From assembly GCA_035530915.1 (NCBI GenBank), contig DATKTV010000037.1:8039-72038 (forward strand): a stretch of 64,000 nt of DNA, in the 5' to 3' direction. This document shows, in pieces, positions 62,349-64,000 of this stretch (positions within the stretch are counted from its first letter, which is position 1; each line of letters starts with the position of its first letter). The stretch is from Acidiferrobacter sp. GTDB lineage: Bacteria; Pseudomonadota; Gammaproteobacteria; Acidiferrobacterales; Acidiferrobacteraceae. The notes beneath the pieces were generated by a model that saw only the letters and a program-made list of their open reading frames with translations, had not been told where the DNA came from and searched no databases. The position numbers and the translations under genes were made by a program.

Positions 62349-62714
62349 GTGGTTTCCGGGCAGCAGACCTTTCCGCGCAACCTGCGCCTGACAGACCCTA
62401 ATCATTACCAGCAGGTTTTTAAGAAGGGCTGTCGGAGCCGCCACGCCACACTCGGCATAGTGGCCAAGGCTAACGGCCTAGACTACCCACGTTTAGGGTT
62501 AGCAGTCTCTCGCAAAGTCTCGCGGAAAGCGGTTATCCGCAACCGCATAAAGCGGGTAACGCGAGAGTTTTTTCGCCGGGAACAAGGCCGCCTCGCGGCT
62601 CTGGACTTCGTCATCGTAGCTTACCCCGACGCGGCCCGAGCCACCCATTCCGAACTTACAGAGACGCTTGCGCGACTATCGCAAAAAATATGTCAACTAT
62701 GCGCAAAATCCTAG
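62349..62714 (+). CDS. rnpA: ribonuclease P protein component
   Basis: [22 protein letters not shown] basic motif. Position after rpmH. Confidence 0.9.
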   Translation: MVSGQQTFPRNLRLTDPNHYQQVFKKGCRSRHATLGIVAKANGLDYPRLGLAVSRKVSRKAVIRNRIKRVTREFFRREQGRLAALDFVIVAYPDAARATHSELTETLARLSQKICQLCAKS

Positions 62715-62911
62715 TCAAACTCATTCGCGGCTATCAGTATTTCCTGAGCCCCTGGTTGGGGTCCCGCTGCCGTTATTACCCTACGTGCTCTGAGTATGCA
62801 GCCGAGGCCATCACTCTTCATGGCCCGATAAAAGGCATGTGGTTCGCTATGAAACGCATAGGCCGCTGCCATCCCTGGCATGACGGCGGACATGACCCTG
62901 TTCCTCGTTAA
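62690..62911 (+). CDS. yidD: membrane protein insertion efficiency factor YidD
   Basis: [23 protein letters not shown]...GRCHPW. Confidence 0.9.
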   Translation: MSTMRKILVKLIRGYQYFLSPWLGSRCRYYPTCSEYAAEAITLHGPIKGMWFAMKRIGRCHPWHDGGHDPVPR

Positions 62912-62928
62912 GGTATTTTAAGAATCCT

Positions 62929-64000
62929 ATGAATAATTTACGTCCTGCCCTCTACGCCCTTTTGGCCCTGATCCTATTTTTGTTGTGGAGCGATTGGCAG
63001 CGCGCCAACGCGCCCGCAGTCCGCCCGGCCGTAACGGCCACGAGTGTGCCGGCCGCGCCGAGCACGCGTCACGCCGGGACACCGTCCCCATCCTCTTCGG
63101 TAGCAGTCGCCCCCCCCTCAGCCCTGGCGCCGGTCGCGACCGGCGAGAAGGTCTTCGTCAAAACCGACACCATGGTGGCGACCTTGACCACCCGCGGTGG
63201 CGATTTTACCAGTGTTCTTATGCGCCACTATTTCGCGGACAAGAGCCACGGCAAGCGCCTCTATCCTTTACTGCGGCCGATGGACGGAACCCAAGGGTTT
63301 GTCAACCAGAGCGGTCTTTTGGGCCATTCTCGTTACCCGAACCAAAACACGCTGTACACCGTCGCGCATACCCACTATCAGCTCCAATCAGGCAAGCAAC
63401 ACCTGCGGCTGTCTTTTCATTGGGTCCATGGATCCGTTCAAGTCACCAAGACTTACATCTTTACGCGCGGAAGCTACTTAGTCGACGTTCACTACACCGT
63501 TCATAACCTGGGCCATCAGGCCCGCAGCGTCTATCTCTACAACCAGTTCGTCCATGTTTCGGCCCCTAAAACGAAGTTTTACGATTCGGAGCCGGTCTAT
63601 ATTGGGGCGGCGGTCTATACGCCCGCTACGAAGTACCATCAAATCCCGTTCGCCGATATGACCAAACACCCCCTACACGAGCAGTCCGCCGGCGGCTGGG
63701 TTGCGATCTCCCAACACTACTTTTTGGGCGCCGCACTACCGCCACCCGAGACCGCAGCCCTTTTTTATAGCGAGGTCCTGCCGGGGCCGCGTTATCTCGT
63801 GGGCTACAAAACCGCTCATCCCGTGATCGTGGCCCCGGGTGCCACCGAGACGCTTGCCACCCGCCTCTTTCTTGGGCCGAAGACGCCGGCGCTCCTCCAG
63901 GCCGCGGCACCAGGCCTTCGCCTCACGGTTGACTATGGCTGGCTCACAGTTCTCGCCCAACCCCTCTATGCGGTGCTGGCGCACCTCCAAGGACTGACCG
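62929..64000 (+). CDS. yidC: membrane protein insertase YidC, 3' end outside the window
   Basis: Absent from the ORF track. The frame from the ATG at 62929 stays open to base 64000. Reads MNNLRPALYALLALILFLLWSDWQRANA... followed by a YidC-like periplasmic domain. Canonical position after yidD. Confidence 0.9.
   Translation, partial: MNNLRPALYALLALILFLLWSDWQRANAPAVRPAVTATSVPAAPSTRHAGTPSPSSSVAVAPPSALAPVATGEKVFVKTDTMVATLTTRGGDFTSVLMRHYFADKSHGKRLYPLLRPMDGTQGFVNQSGLLGHSRYPNQNTLYTVAHTHYQLQSGKQHLRLSFHWVHGSVQVTKTYIFTRGSYLVDVHYTVHNLGHQARSVYLYNQFVHVSAPKTKFYDSEPVYIGAAVYTPATKYHQIPFADMTKHPLHEQSAGGWVAISQHYFLGAALPPPETAALFYSEVLPGPRYLVGYKTAHPVIVAPGATETLATRLFLGPKTPALLQAAAPGLRLTVDYGWLTVLAQPLYAVLAHLQGLT

Overview
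GC-rich, gammaproteobacterium-like chromosomal segment. From left to right it holds a lipid/glycerol-metabolism group, an OMF-MFP-RND efflux operon, thiC and an LPS core/O-antigen-ligase cluster (waaA, waaC, further glycosyltransferases, ligase, methyltransferase). Next comes a ~18-kb Tn7-like transposon (30816..48796) inserted 29 bp downstream of tRNA-Phe. Beyond it lie a radical SAM gene, yggX, mutY, asmA, tRNA-Gly, thiSG, trmB, rof and the origin block gyrB-recF-dnaN-dnaA / rpmH-rnpA-yidD-yidC, with an AT-rich, DnaA-box-bearing dnaA-dnaN spacer. The transposon has TGT...ACA inverted ends, repeated ACCATAAGTC-type sites, a CGCAC direct repeat on both flanks, and a tnsA::tnsB fusion-tnsC/tniB-tniQ operon. 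Its cargo looks like a defence island. (i) An AT-richer five-gene operon encodes a C5 cytosine methyltransferase, an unknown 273-aa protein, a ParB-like protein, a minimal SNF2 ATPase and a RecB-like PD-(D/E)xK nuclease. I cannot place this set in any named system, and it is my best candidate for something undescribed. (ii) An orphan 189-aa gene. (iii) An XRE repressor plus ImmA-type metallopeptidase pair (CapH/CapP-like) lies divergent from a Ubl-E2-JAB-E1 operon, a bacterial ubiquitination-like (Bil-type) system. A degenerate second transposon right end lies just outside the left end, which suggests repeated occupancy of the tRNA-Phe site. rpmH and the 3'-truncated yidC are absent from the supplied ORF track and were read directly from the sequence. 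All family calls rest on motifs recognised by eye; no database search was run.
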